DNA of 60,000 nucleotides from NCBI RefSeq assembly GCF_963921235.1, contig NC_086097.1:121336001-121396000 (forward strand), written 5' to 3'. Made by a program: the position numbers and the translations under genes. Positions 48,151 to 60,000 of the stretch are shown here, one piece after another; position 1 is the first letter of the stretch, and each line of letters begins with the position of its first letter. The notes under the pieces are model-generated. The model was not told the DNA's origin. It did not search any database and saw only the letters and a list, made by a program, of their open reading frames with translations. The DNA comes from Mobula hypostoma (Eukaryota).

Positions 48151-48927
48151 TGAGGCTATGTGTTTAGGATGTATGCTTCTTATAAATTATATGTGTATGT
48201 ATATCTGTAATTATAATGATTTCAATCTAAAATTGATATATCTTTGCCTGATTTCAGCTTGTAGCCTGCAAATGACAGAGTTTACTCTGAATTCAGATTG
48301 TATAATCGTGCTTGTATTTGTGATAAATCAAATGTTCATACATCAGGAATATTTTATTAAAAGCAATTGACCTTTCAATTTTAAATGCTAATTATGTGTC
48401 TTTCTATACAGATACTTCTTAAGTAAATTACATGCAGCTTATTCTGTTAATATTTTAGATTTATCAAGTCAGTTTTTGTTTTGCTTCTCAATTACAAACT
48501 TAAGTTAATGTGACTTCAATGTTTAAGTAGCATGGTAAGCTGCTAAATTATACTTCTATTGTTTATTCATTTTAAGTGATTAGTGCTACATAAGTCTCTG
48601 AGGAGCTGTTGCCGTTGTCAATATTTATGGCAAAAGCAACTGCCAGTAGTAAAACTTAATGAGGTCTACTGTGGTTTTACATAAAACCCTAGGGTGGATG
48701 GTGTCACTGGAAGAGACAAAAGCAATCAAAAAACAAACCTATCATATTTTTCACTGTGCGTCAGATAAGTGAAAGCATGATATCAATATTTAATGATACT
48801 CAGTTGTTCCTGGTCCCTAATTCACTAGATTTTATTCAAACTTAAATTTAAAAATATTAAAGTTGAAAAATACAATGCAAATGATTTACACTCTCACATT
48901 CCATTTATCTTCAGTTCTTAATTTTTA

Positions 48928-49300
48928 AGAACACAAGAGATTCTGAAGATGCTGGAAATTCAAAGCAACACACACAAAATGTTGGAAGAACATAGCAGAT
49001 CAGCAACATCTATGGAAGGGGGAATAAACAAACGACGTTTTAGGCTGAGGCCCTTCATCAGGACTGGAAAGGAAGGGGGAAGAAGCCAAAATAAGAAGGT
49101 GGGCAGAAGTAAGGAACACAGCTTGGGAGGTGATAGGTGAAGCCAGGTAAGGGGGAAGGTGGGTGGATGGGGGGGGGGATGAAGTCTGAAGCTGGGAGGT
49201 GTTAAGTGGAAAAGCTAAAAAGCTAAAGAAGAAGGAATCTGATAGGAGAGCTAAGTGGACCGTAGGAGAAAGGGAAGGAGGGGGAACCTTGTTGGGCAGG
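48928..49300 (-). mobile_element. PLE terminal fragment with hammerhead-like motif
   Basis: The minus strand reads CAGTCCTGATGAAGGGCCTCAGCCTAAAACGTCG at 49033-49066. Confidence 0.75.
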
Positions 49301-49799
49301 CGAGGTTTAAATTTTCTACATTTGCAGTTCTAATCTGTCATGTTTTGTAACTCCAAATAAGAAACTAATTGAACTAACATCAAGGAGCCAGGAATAACAT
49401 GTCTAATGTTTTTACTTTAAGCAAGGTGAGCACATATGATGTGGTGGCATGATGACGTATGCCATTCACATACTTTTACATTAAATCCACAATGAATTAT
49501 TTAAATGAACAAAGATGCTCAATCAAATGATTAATTTACAATATTACTCAAACATTACTGAAATAGTAAATACACAGCACCCCTCTATATTTAGCTATAA
49601 ACTCTATCTCAATATAGAATGCATCTCAACTTATATCCTGTATATATAAGCTGTACATATACAGTATTCTATATAATACAACGACTATATAGACATCCAC
49701 AGCACGATAAATTTTAATGTGTCCCATTCAGGCCTAAAGATTTAATCGCCATGGACGCTTTCTTACTCTTGTTAGATAGCATCTTTCCTGAGAAGGAAA

Positions 49800-50122
49800 G
49801 TCTGAGAATCGGAGACGGAAGTCTGAGAATCGCAGCGGGAGTGCGGAGGAAGCCATTTTTGAATTTTTTCGGTTTTTTTTCCATCGGCGTTCAGAGAGGC
49901 GGGACAGCGCAGGCGTGTGACATCGGGCAGTAAAGCGCGGAAGATTTAAAAGGACAGAAATCCTGCTTCGGGTTTAATTCGGAGAAAGAAGTCTGAGAAT
50001 CGGAGCCGGAGTGCAGAGGAAGCCATTTTTGAATTTTTTGGGTTTTTTTCCATCGGCGTTCAGAGAGGCGGGACTGCGCAGCCATGTCAAGTCAGGCAGT
50101 GAAGCGCGGAAGATTTAAAAGG
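49800..50122 (+). repeat. ~170-bp tandem monomers in the CR1 5' UTR
   Basis: GTCTGAGAATCG at 49800, 49821 and 49991. The unit starting at 49821 is repeated from 49991. Confidence 0.85.
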
Positions 50123-50257
50123 AACAGAGCCTTATACAGCTGGCAGCGTCATTTGCGGGCGGCGAAGTGAGCTGGGAGCAGAGTGAAGGCTTAAGTGCTT
50201 CGGCTCAACGGGCTTAGGTGGAAACGGGCGAGGTGAGGAAGGTTTGGTATTCATTTT

Positions 50258-51208
50258 TTGTTGTTATTTGAGGAAAGGGGCAGTTTGAGTGTGAGGGCAG
50301 TTTGTTGTTCTCGGTGCTGGATGTGGGAGTCCCCAAGCCTCCCGGACATCCACATCTGCGCCAGGTGTGCCGAGATGCAGCTCTTAAGGGACTGCGTTAG
50401 GGAACTGGAGCCGCAGCTCGATGACCTTTGTCTGGTCAGGGAGAGTGAGGAGTTGATAGAGAGGAGTTACAGGCAGGTGGTCACGGGGCCACGGGAGGCA
50501 GACAAGTGGGTCACGGCTAGGAGGGGAAAGAGGAAGAGTCAGGTAACAGAGAGTATCCCAGTGGCTGTGCCTCTTGACAATAGGTACTCCTGTTTGAGTA
50601 CTGCTGAGGGGGACAGCTTACCTGGGGGAAGCGACAGTGGCCGTGCCTCCGGCACAGAGTCCGGCCCTGTAGCTCAGAAGGGTAGTGAAAGGAAGAGGAG
50701 GGCAGTAGTATTAGGGGACTCGAGAGTGAGGGGGTCAGATAGGCTATTCTGTGGACGCAGTCAGGAGATCCAGATGGTAGTTTGCCTCCCCGGTGCCAGG
50801 GCCCGGGGTATTTCTGATCGCGTCCAAGATATCCTAAAGTGGGAGGGTGAGGAGCCAGAGGTCGTGGTACATATAGGTACCAATGACATAGGTAGGAAAA
50901 GGGAAGAGTTCCTGAAAAGAGAATATAGGGAGTTAGGAATGGAGTTGAGAAAAAGGACTGCAAAGATAGTAATCTCGGGATTACCGCCTGTGCTACGCGA
51001 CAGTGAGAGTAGGAATGCGATGAGGTGGAGGATAAATGCGTGGCTGAGGGATTGGAGCAGGGGGCAGGGATTCAAGTTTTTGGATCATTGGGACCTCTTT
51101 TGGCGGAGGTGTGACCTGTACAAAAAGGACGGGTTACACTTGAATCCTAGGGGGACCAATATCCTGGCGGGGAGATTTGCGAAGGCTACTGAGGTGACTT
51201 TAAACTAG
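50258..51208 (+). CDS. CR1 ORF1: zinc finger/coiled coil + SGNH esterase
   Basis: CSRC...CARC followed by a heptad-rich segment. Esterase blocks LGDS, GTND and DGLH are intact. True start uncertain (~50286). Confidence 0.88.
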   Translation: MLLFEERGSLSVRAVCCSRCWMWESPSLPDIHICARCAEMQLLRDCVRELEPQLDDLCLVRESEELIERSYRQVVTGPREADKWVTARRGKRKSQVTESIPVAVPLDNRYSCLSTAEGDSLPGGSDSGRASGTESGPVAQKGSERKRRAVVLGDSRVRGSDRLFCGRSQEIQMVVCLPGARARGISDRVQDILKWEGEEPEVVVHIGTNDIGRKREEFLKREYRELGMELRKRTAKIVISGLPPVLRDSESRNAMRWRINAWLRDWSRGQGFKFLDHWDLFWRRCDLYKKDGLHLNPRGTNILAGRFAKATEVTLN

Positions 51209-52061
51209 AATGGTTAGGGGGTGGGAATCAAATTAAAGAGACTAGGAGAGAGGAGGGTAGTTCACAACAGGGGGATAGGAACAAGTGCAGAGAGACAGAG
51301 GGGTGTAAAGTGAGGGTAGAAGCAAAAAGCAGTAAGGTGAAAAGTAAAAGTGGCAGGCCGGCAAATCCAGGACAAAAATCAAAAAGGGACACTTTTCAAC
51401 ATAATTGTATAAGGGCTAAGAGTGTTGTAAAAACAAGCCTGAAGGCTTTGTGTGTCAATGCAAGGAGCATTCGTAACAAGGTGGATGAATTAAAAGTGCA
51501 GATTGTTATTAATGAATGTGATATAGTTGGGATCAGAGAGACATGGCTCCAGGGTGACCAAGGATGGGAGCTCAACATTCAGGGATATTCAATATTCAGG
51601 AGGGATAGACATGAAAGAAAAGGAGGTGGGGTAGCATTGCTGGTTAGAGAGGAGATTAACACAATAGAAAGGAAGGACATTAGCCGGGAGGATGTAGAAT
51701 CGATATGGGTAGAGCTTCATAACACTAAGGGGCAGAAAACACTGGTGGGAGTTGTGTACAGGCCATCTAACAGTAGTAGTGAGGTTGGGGATGGTATTAA
51801 ACAGGAAATTAGAAATGCGTGCAATAAAGGAACAGCAGTTATAATGGGTGACTTCAATCTACATATAGACTGGGTGAACCAAATTGGTAAGGGTGCTGAG
51901 GAAGAGGATTTCTTGGAATGTATGCGGGATGAATTTTTGAGCCAACATGTCGAGGAACCAACTATAGAGCAGGCTATTCTAGACTGGGTATCGAGCAATG
52001 AGGAAGGATTAATTAGCAATCTTGTCGTGAGAGGCCCCTTGGGTAAGAGTGACCATAATAT

Positions 52062-52932
52062 AGAAACATAGAAACATAGAAAATAGGTGCAGGAGTAGGC
52101 CATTCGGCCCTTCGAGCCTGCACCGCCATTTATTATGATCATGGCTGATCATCCAACTCAGAACCCAGCCTTCCCTCCATACCCCCTGACCCCTGTAGCC
52201 ACAAGGGCCATATCTAACTTCCTTTTAAACATAGCTAATGAACTGGCCTCAACAGTTTGCTGTGGCAGAGAATTCCACAGATTCACCACTCTCTGTGTGA
52301 AGAAGTTTTTCCTAACCTCGGTCCTAAAAGGCTTCCCCTCTATCCTCAAACTGTGACCCCTCGTTCTAGACCTCCCCAACATCGGGAACAATCTTCCCGC
52401 ATCTAGCCTGTCCAATCCCTTTAGGATCTTATACGTTTCAATCAGATCCCCCCTCAATCTTCTAAATTCCAACGAGTACAAGCCCAGTTCATCCAGTCTT
52501 TCTTCATATGAAAGACCTGCCATCCCAGGAATCAATCTGGTGAACCTTCTTTGTACTCCCTCTATGGCAAAGATGTCTTTCCTCAGATTAGGGGACCAAA
52601 ACTGCACACAATACTCCAGGTGTGGTCTCACCAAGGCCTTATACAACTGCAGTAGTACCTCCCTGCTCCTGTACTCGAATCCTCTCGCTATAAATGCCAG
52701 CATACCGTTCGCCTTTTTCACCGCCTGCTGTACCTGCATGCCCACTTTCAATGACTGGTGTATAATGACACCCAGGTCTCGTTGCACCTCCCCTTTTCCT
52801 AATCGGCCACCATTCAGATAATAATCTGTTTTCCTATTTTTGCCACCAAAGTGGATAACTTCACATTTATCCACATTAAATTGCATCTGCCATGAGTTTG
52901 CCCACTCACCCAACCTATCCAAGTCACCCTGC
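52062..52932 (-). mobile_element. 5'-truncated CR1 of the same subfamily, inserted antisense in ORF2
   Basis: ORF 52158-52934 nearly matches the host's C-terminus. TSD ATAT (52058-52061, 52933-52936). Removing it restores SDHN-MVEF. Confidence 0.92.
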
Positions 52933-53815
52933 ATATGGTGGAATTCTTCATTAAGATGGAGAGTGACATAGTTAATTCAGGAACAAAGTTTCTGAATTTA
53001 AAGAAGGGTAACTTTGAAGGTATGAGACGTGAATTAGCTAAGATAGACTGGCAAATGATACTTAAAAGGTTGACGGTGGATATGCAATGACAAGCATTTA
53101 AAGATCGCATGGATGAACTACAACAGTGCTTCATCCCAGTTTGGCAAAAGAATAAATCAGGGAAGGTAGTGCACCCGTGGCTGACAAGGGAAATTAGGGA
53201 TAGTATTAATTCCAAAGAAGAAACATACAAATTAGCCAGAAAAAGCGGCTCACCTGAGGACTGGGAGAAATTCAGAGTCCAGCAGAGGAGGACAAAGGGC
53301 TTAATTAGGAAAGGGAAAAAAGATTATGAGAGAAAACTGGCAGAGAACATAAAAACTGACTATAAAAGCTTTTATAGATATGTGAAAAGAAAAAGATTGG
53401 TTAAGACAAATGTAGGTCCCTTACAGACAGAAACAGGTGAATTGATTATGGGGAACAAGGACGTGGCAGACCAATACAATAACTACTTTGGTTCTGTCTT
53501 CACTAATGAGGACATAAATAATCTTCTGGAAATTGTAGGGGACAGAAGGTCTAGTGAGATGGATGAACTGAGGAAAATACATGTTAGTAGGGAAGTGGTG
53601 TTAGGTAAATTGAAGGGATTAAAGGCAGATAAATCCCCAGGGCCAGATGGTCTGCATCCCAGAGTGCTGAAGGAAGTAGCCCAAGAAATAGTGGATGAGC
53701 TAGTGATAATTTTTCAAAACTCTTTAGATTCTGGACTAGTTCCTGAGGATTGGAGGGTGGCTAATGTAACCTCACTTTTTAAAAAAGAAGCGAGAGAGAA
53801 ACCGAGAAATTATAG

Positions 53816-54284
53816 CATGAATGATGGCATGAACATCAACTTCTCTAACCTCCGCTAAGGCCCCACCTCCCCCTCGTACCCCATCTGTTACTTATTTTTA
53901 TGCACACATTCTTTCTCTCACTCTCCTTTTTCTCCCTCTGTCCCTCTGAATATACCTCTTGCCCATCCTCTGGGTCACCCCCCGTCTTTCTTCCCAGACC
54001 TCCTGTCCCATGATCCTCTCGTATCCCCTTTTGCCTATCACCTGTCCAGCTCTTGGCTCTATCCCTCCCCCTCCTGTCTTCTCCTATCATTTTGGATCTC
54101 CCCCCTCCCCCTCCAACTTTCAAATCCCTTACTCACTCTTCCTTCAGTTAGTCCTGACGAAGGGTCTCGGCCTGAAACGTTGACTGCACCTCTTCCTACA
54201 GATGCTGCCTGGCCTGCTGCGTTCACCAGCAACTTTAATGTGTGTTGCTTGAATTTCCAGCATCTGCAGAATTCCTGTTGTTTG
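53816..54284 (+). mobile_element. PLE 3' terminal insertion inside CR1 ORF2
   Basis: 8-bp TSD AATTATAG (53808-53815, 54285-54292). Removing it restores NYRPVSL. Confidence 0.9.
54149..54186 (+). ncRNA. Minimal type I hammerhead ribozyme-like motif in the PLE terminus
   Basis: AGTC-CTGACGA-A-GGGTCTCGGCCT-GAAA-CGTT-GACT: stem I AGTC/GACT, intact CUGANGA and GAAA cores, NUH site GUU. Confidence 0.65.
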
Positions 54285-56642
54285 AATTATAGACCGGTTA
54301 GCCTAACATCGGTGGTGAGGAAAATGCTCGAGTCAGTTATCAAAGATGTGATAACAGCACATTTGGAAAGCGGTGAAATCATCGTAAAAGTCAGCATGGA
54401 TTTGTGAAAGGAAAATCATGTCTGACGAATCTCATAGAATTTTTTGAGATTGTAACTAGTAGAGTGGATAGGGGAGAACCAGTAGATGAGGTATATTTGG
54501 ATTTTCAAAAGGCTTTTGACAAGGTCCCACACAGGAGATTAGTGTGCAAATTTAAAGTACATGGTATTGGGGGTAAGGTATTGATGTGGATAGAGAATTG
54601 GTTGGCAGACAGGAAGCAAATAGTGGGAATAAACGGGACCTTTTCAGAATGGCAGGCAGTGACTAGTGGGGTACCACAAGGCTCAGTGCTGGGACCCCAG
54701 TTGTTCACAATATATATTAATGACTTAGATGAGGGAATTAAATACAGCATCTCCAAGTTAGCGGATGACACGAAGTGTTAGCTGTGAGGAGGATACTAAG
54801 AGGATGCAGGGTGACTTGAATAGGTTAGGTGAGTGGGTAAATTCATGGCAGATGCAATTTAATGTGGATAAATGTGAGGTTATCCACTTTGATGGCAAAA
54901 ACAGGAAAACAGATTATTATCTGAATGGTGGCCGATTAGGAAAAGGGAAGGTGCAAAGAGACCTGGGTGTCATTATACAACAGTCATCGAAAGTGGGCAT
55001 GCAGGTACAGCAGGCGGTGAAAAAGGCGAATGGTATGCTGGCATTCATAGCAAGAGAATTTGAGTACAGGAACAGGGAGGTACTACCGCAGTTGTAAAGG
55101 CCTTGGGGAGACCATACCTGGAGTATTGTGTGCAGTTTTGGTCCCCTAATCTGAGGAAAGACATTCTTGCCATAGAGGGAGTACAAAGAAGGTTCACCAG
55201 ATTGATTCCTGGGACGGCAGGACCTTCAGTTGGTGAAAGACTAGATCGACTAGGCTTGTACTCGTTGGAATTTAGAAGATTGAGGGGGGATCTTATTGAA
55301 ACGTATAAAATCCTAAAGGGATTGGACAGGCTAGATGCAGGAAGATTGTTCCCGATGTTGGGGAAGTCCAGAACGAGGGGTCACAGTTGGAGGATAAAGG
55401 GGAAGCCATTTAGGACTGAGGTTAGGGAAAACTTCACACAGAGAGTGGTGAGTCTGTGGAATTTTCTGCCACAGGAAACAGTTGAGGCCAGTTCATTGGC
55501 TATATTTAAGAGGGAGTTAGATATGGCCCTTGTGGCTAAAGGGATCAGGGGGTATGGAAAGAAGGCAGGTACAGGGTTCTGAGTTGGATGATCAGCCATG
55601 ATCATACTGAATGGCGGTGCAGGCTCGAAGGGCCGGATGGCCTACTCCTGCACCTATTTTCTATGTTTCTATGTTTCTGACAAGGAGGGGAGTTGTGTGG
55701 GGGGTACATCACTCTGCTTGGCAAGTGAAATTTGTAGCTGTGAATCAAACTCAGACATTGGGGCCTCCTCAATGGTAGTTGTAAGAGTTGACTCTGGAAC
55801 TGCAGGAAGTGATTGTGACAGCTTTCTTCTGGATGTGTTAGCATACTGAACACTGTATGACAAGCTGCTCGATCTGCTGATCTACCCGAGACACCAGACA
55901 AACCTTTGAGCCAACGCTTTCATTCTGACCATGCCTAGATGACCGGAATGCAGCTCTTCTAACTGTTTGGATGGCACAAATTCATTCTGACGCTGATAAA
56001 TTGGGGAAACTGGAGTTTCAGCTGCACATTCCAGCCATTTTGGGTTGCCATGTCGACCAGAGACAGTGTGAGGCCTTAAATGATTTCTCCTTGTCTCATC
56101 TCTGCCATAATAGGGAGACTTTCGATTTTCATTAGTGAGAATACGTCAAGAGGAGTATCCTCTTTTGTAAATTTTTCAGTGATTTCCTTTTCCAAAGGCA
56201 AGCAAGACAATCAATCAGCATTTCCATGATTAGTTGTCCTCTTGAATTCAATCTTGTAATTGTATCCTCCATGAAATGGTGCCCATCTTTGGATTTGTGT
56301 TGCTACCCTTCTATGCATTGAAAATGGACAGTAGTAGTTGATGATCAATAATGAGGGTAACCTTTCATACAAGTTGAAACATTTTACACTCCAAACCAAA
56401 CTCAAGGCCTCTCTGCCAATCTATGTATAATTTTTCTCTGTAGTGGTAAGGGAATGTGATGCAAAGGATATGGGGCATTCAATTCAATCACTCATCACAT
56501 GCGGCATGATTGCTCCTATTATGGGACATCACAGGCAAGTTTAACTGGATGATGTGGATCATAATGTCTGAGTAGTGCCTGACATCACCATTTCCTTTGC
56601 CTTTTGAAAAGCTACCTCACACTTCTTCATCCATTGCCATCT

Positions 56643-57743
56643 CAGACAGGAAGCAAAGAGTGGGAATAAACGGGACCTTTTCAGAATGGCAGGCGGTGAC
56701 TAGTGGGGTACCGCAAGGCTCAGTGCTGGGACCCCAGTTGTTTACAATATATATTAATGACTTGGATGAGGGAATCAAATGCAGCATCTCCAAGTTTGCG
56801 GATGACACGGAACTGGGTGGCAGTGTTAGCTGTGAGGAGGATGCTAAGAGGATGCAGAGTGACTTGGATAGGTTGGGTGAGTGGGCAAATTCATGGCAGA
56901 TGCAATTTAATGTGGATAAATGTGAAGTTATCCACTTTGGTGGCAAAAATAGGAAAACAGATTATTACCTGAATGGTGGCCGATTAGGAAAAGGGGAGGT
57001 GCAACGAGACCTGGGTGTCATTATACACCAGTCATTGAAAGTGGGCATGCAGTACAGCAGGCGGTGAAAAAGGCAAATGGTATGCTGGCATTTATAGCGA
57101 GAGGATTCGAGTACAGGAGCAGGGAGGTACTACTGCAGTTGTACAAGGCCTTGGTGAGACCACACCTGGAGTATTGTGTGCAGTTTTGGTCCCCTAATCT
57201 GAGGAAAGACATCCTTGCCATAGAGGGAGTACAAAGAAGGTTCACCAGATTGATTCCTGGGATGGCAGGACTTTCATATGAAGAAAGACTGGATGAACTG
57301 GGCTTGTACTCGTTGGAATTTAGAAGATTGAGGGGGGATCTGATTGAAACGTATAAAATCCTAAAGGGATTGGACAGGCTAGATGCAGGAAGATTGTTCC
57401 CGATGTTGGGGAAGTCCAGAACAAGGGGTCACAGTTTGAGGATAAAGGGGAAGCCTTTTAGGACCGAGATTAGGAAAAACTTCTTCACACAGAGAGTGCT
57501 GAATCTGTGGAATTCTCTGCCACAGGAAACAGTTGAGGCCAGTTCATTGGCTATATTTAAGAGGGAGTTAGATATGGCCCTTGTGGCTACGGGGATCAGG
57601 GGGTATGGAGGAAAGGCTGGGGCGGGGTTCTGAGTTGGATGATCAGCCATGATCATAATAAATGGCGGTGCAGGCTCGAAGGGCCGAATGGCCTACTCCT
57701 GCACCTATTTTATATGTTTCTATTCTCTATGTTTCTATGTTTC
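56643..57743 (+). mobile_element. 5'-truncated CR1 (third copy of the same subfamily)
   Basis: [15 protein letters not shown] (56597-57067) and C-terminal ORF 57064-57633, with one frameshift and a (CTATGTTT)n tail. Confidence 0.92.
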
Positions 57744-60000
57744 TTCCCGATATGTAGTAATGAGTTTAAAGTATGGAGCAAGTAGTCAGGTTTGGCAGGA
57801 ACCTGTCTTAGTAATTGTAAAATCCTATAAAGGACTACATCTGAGACACAATTTTTTGCCTCAGGGCATCCACCACTGTTTGAATTTTGTCAACACACCT
57901 CACTTACAACTATAGAGAAAAATTATGCACAGATTGGCAGAGAGGCTTTGAATCTGGTTTGGGGTGTAAAACATTTTCAACTGTACTTGTATGAGAGTTT
58001 ACCCTCATTATTGATCAACCACTATTGTCCATTTACAATGCACAGTCTAATCCTGGTGTGTCAATGATATGACCACAGTAAGTGATGCTTGGTTTATAGA
58101 ATTGTCACTCTCATTATTATCTTATTTTTCATGACTACCATGAAGATCAGTGCTCTTTTTGAAAATGCAACTTAACATTTTATTTCTCTTCCCTTAGCAG
58201 CCCATTTACTTTTGTCTGCCCAACATGCTCTTTGTATAGGCTCCACATTGTTGCATTTTCTCCAAGTTTTGCTTTTAAATCTGCATTTCTCCGGTGTATG
58301 TGAGCTCCTGACATAATGGTAATCCAAGTTGTTCAGCCAGGCTGGTTTCTGTTAGACACTACAATTTTGTTCATGCTCACTTTCATTCCTGACTGCAAGT
58401 CAATTACGTCTCTGTCTGCTGTTTCCATTGATACAGGTATTTCAACTGCTTTTTTAAATGTAAGTTGTGCTTTAGTCAGGAGCCATTTTTGAATGCTTTC
58501 TTGTAAGATTTCACAAACTAAACGATTTCTTGGTGCATCATTAAGCCCATCACTGAACTGACATGCTCAGACAAACTCATCAATTCAGCAACATACACTG
58601 AAATGGACTCCCTTTCCTTTTGATTCTGCTTATGAAACCTAAAGCATTTCGCTTTCAACAATGGCTTTGGTTCTAAATGGTCCTGCATTACTTTCATGAT
58701 ATTAAAGCTCATTCTGGCTGGTTTGGTTTGAGCAGTCAAACTTCTAAACAAGGTGTATGCTCTTCCATCAATTACACTGAGCAAAAATGGCACTCGTTTC
58801 TCATTGGCTGCTCCATTTGCTTTAAAATACTGCTCAGTTCACTCAACATGAATCAGCCAGCTCTCCATTATTTATTGAATGTGCCTGTCTTACACATGTA
58901 GCCAGCCATTTCTGCTTTTTTAAAATTTTGATTATTATCACCTGGTACTCACTGTTTATGAACCCATGGAATTTATCCATGTACTGCTTTTTTTTAAATC
59001 TTGAACATCTCACTGTGCTTTGTCTTTAACTCAAATATCTTGCTGCACTTTTAAAAATTTAGACTGTCTCACTCACACTGCTTTTTTTTATACTTGAATG
59101 TCTCACTGTGCTTCAACAGGTAAGAAGTCATCTTAGGTTTGTTTAAAAATTTCTCATCAACTCCAAAACAATAAACTAATTGAAATAAAAACATGGAGCC
59201 AGGAATAAATGTCTATCTTCATCTTTACTTCAAGAAAGGTGAACACGTATTATGTGGTGGTGTGATGACATATGCCATTCACGTTCTTTTACATTACCAC
59301 ATGAATTATTGAAATGAACAAGAATGCTTAATCAAACAATATTATTCATATATTACTGAAATATAAAATACACACATGAAAAATTGAGACATCTATGGCC
59401 CAGCACATAACAAAGTAAAAAAGTTAGTCAGGAAGACATATCTTTTTTCATTATTTAAACAGAATATGATTCATTATTCAATTCATACTTTAGAGATACT
59501 TGAATATTTAATTTCACAAACTCACCATCATCTAAGAAAAGAAGGTTTTAGGACATCAGGATGGTCCATGAGCCTTACCTCACTATTTTGATCTCTATTT
59601 GCACTACTTGTTTATTTCTTATTGTAACTTTGAGCATTTTATTATGTATTGCATTGTACTGCTGCCACAAAACAAATTTCACAATATATGTCAGTTATAT
59701 TAAACCTGGTTCTGGTTTACTAGGTAACTCTTGCTCTTTCAAACATTCATGAAATTCATACTTACTGTGATATGGAAACAGAAAATATTGAGCTCCAAAA
59801 ATGAAGGATAATACGTACATTATGATCACACAAATGGCATCAATATCATCCTAGTAGACATCATGTGTAAAGTACTGGATGATGCTGGCAATTTTGAACA
59901 GTGATTAACTTTCAGAGTTTTGTAAAAATCTGCTCTGTTCACTTAGAACATAGACACTGCCATTGAAGTAAAAACAAGTTATTATAACTACTTGAAAAGT

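Larger units (their letters stand above)
51310..55582 (+). pseudogene. CR1 ORF2 (APE endonuclease + RT), disrupted
   Basis: [51 protein letters not shown]. Disrupted by a stop at ~53088, frameshifts and two insertions. Confidence 0.92.
49791..55676 (+). mobile_element. Full-length CR1 LINE (5' UTR, ORF1, ORF2, 3' UTR) carrying two nested insertions
   Basis: GC-rich repeated 5' UTR, ORF1, APE + RT ORF2, (CTATGTTT)n tail, short candidate TSD CTGA. Confidence 0.93.
49336..59376 (-). mobile_element. Old Gypsy element (same family as 34590-38510) with two diverged LTRs, expanded by CR1 insertions
   Basis: Direct repeats at ~49336-49579 and ~59160-59376. Gag remnant at 58518-58910, RNase H remnant at 56200-56540 (GYNYKIEFKRTTNHGNAD), integrase tail at 55680-55900 and 49730-49790. 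TSD not recoverable. Confidence 0.8.

Overview
This is repeat-dominated eukaryotic DNA. The repeat families suggest a vertebrate, most likely a cartilaginous fish such as a ray or shark (inference, no database check). I found no convincing host-gene exon. Main contents: (1) a young, near-complete Ty3/Gypsy LTR retrotransposon (392-4942, TSD ATACT), nested in an opposite-strand solo LTR of a sister family (345-5149, TSD ATAGG), itself inserted into a Penelope-like element (PLE); (2) three older Gypsy relics; (3) a decayed endogenous-retrovirus pol; (4) a full-length CR1 LINE with two nested insertions, plus many truncated CR1s; (5) many Rex1/Babar-type LINE 3' ends; (6) PLE fragments carrying minimal hammerhead-ribozyme motifs; (7) SINEs, Tc1 derivatives, a Harbinger-type MITE and a Chapaev-like transposase relic. 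The most interesting signal is the young Gypsy element. It has no tRNA primer-binding site. Instead, a perfect 15-nt complement of its own LTR (overlapping the AATAAA signal) sits at the PBS position, suggesting self-priming. Its RT motif reads YLDN rather than YXDD. All family assignments come from motif recognition by eye.
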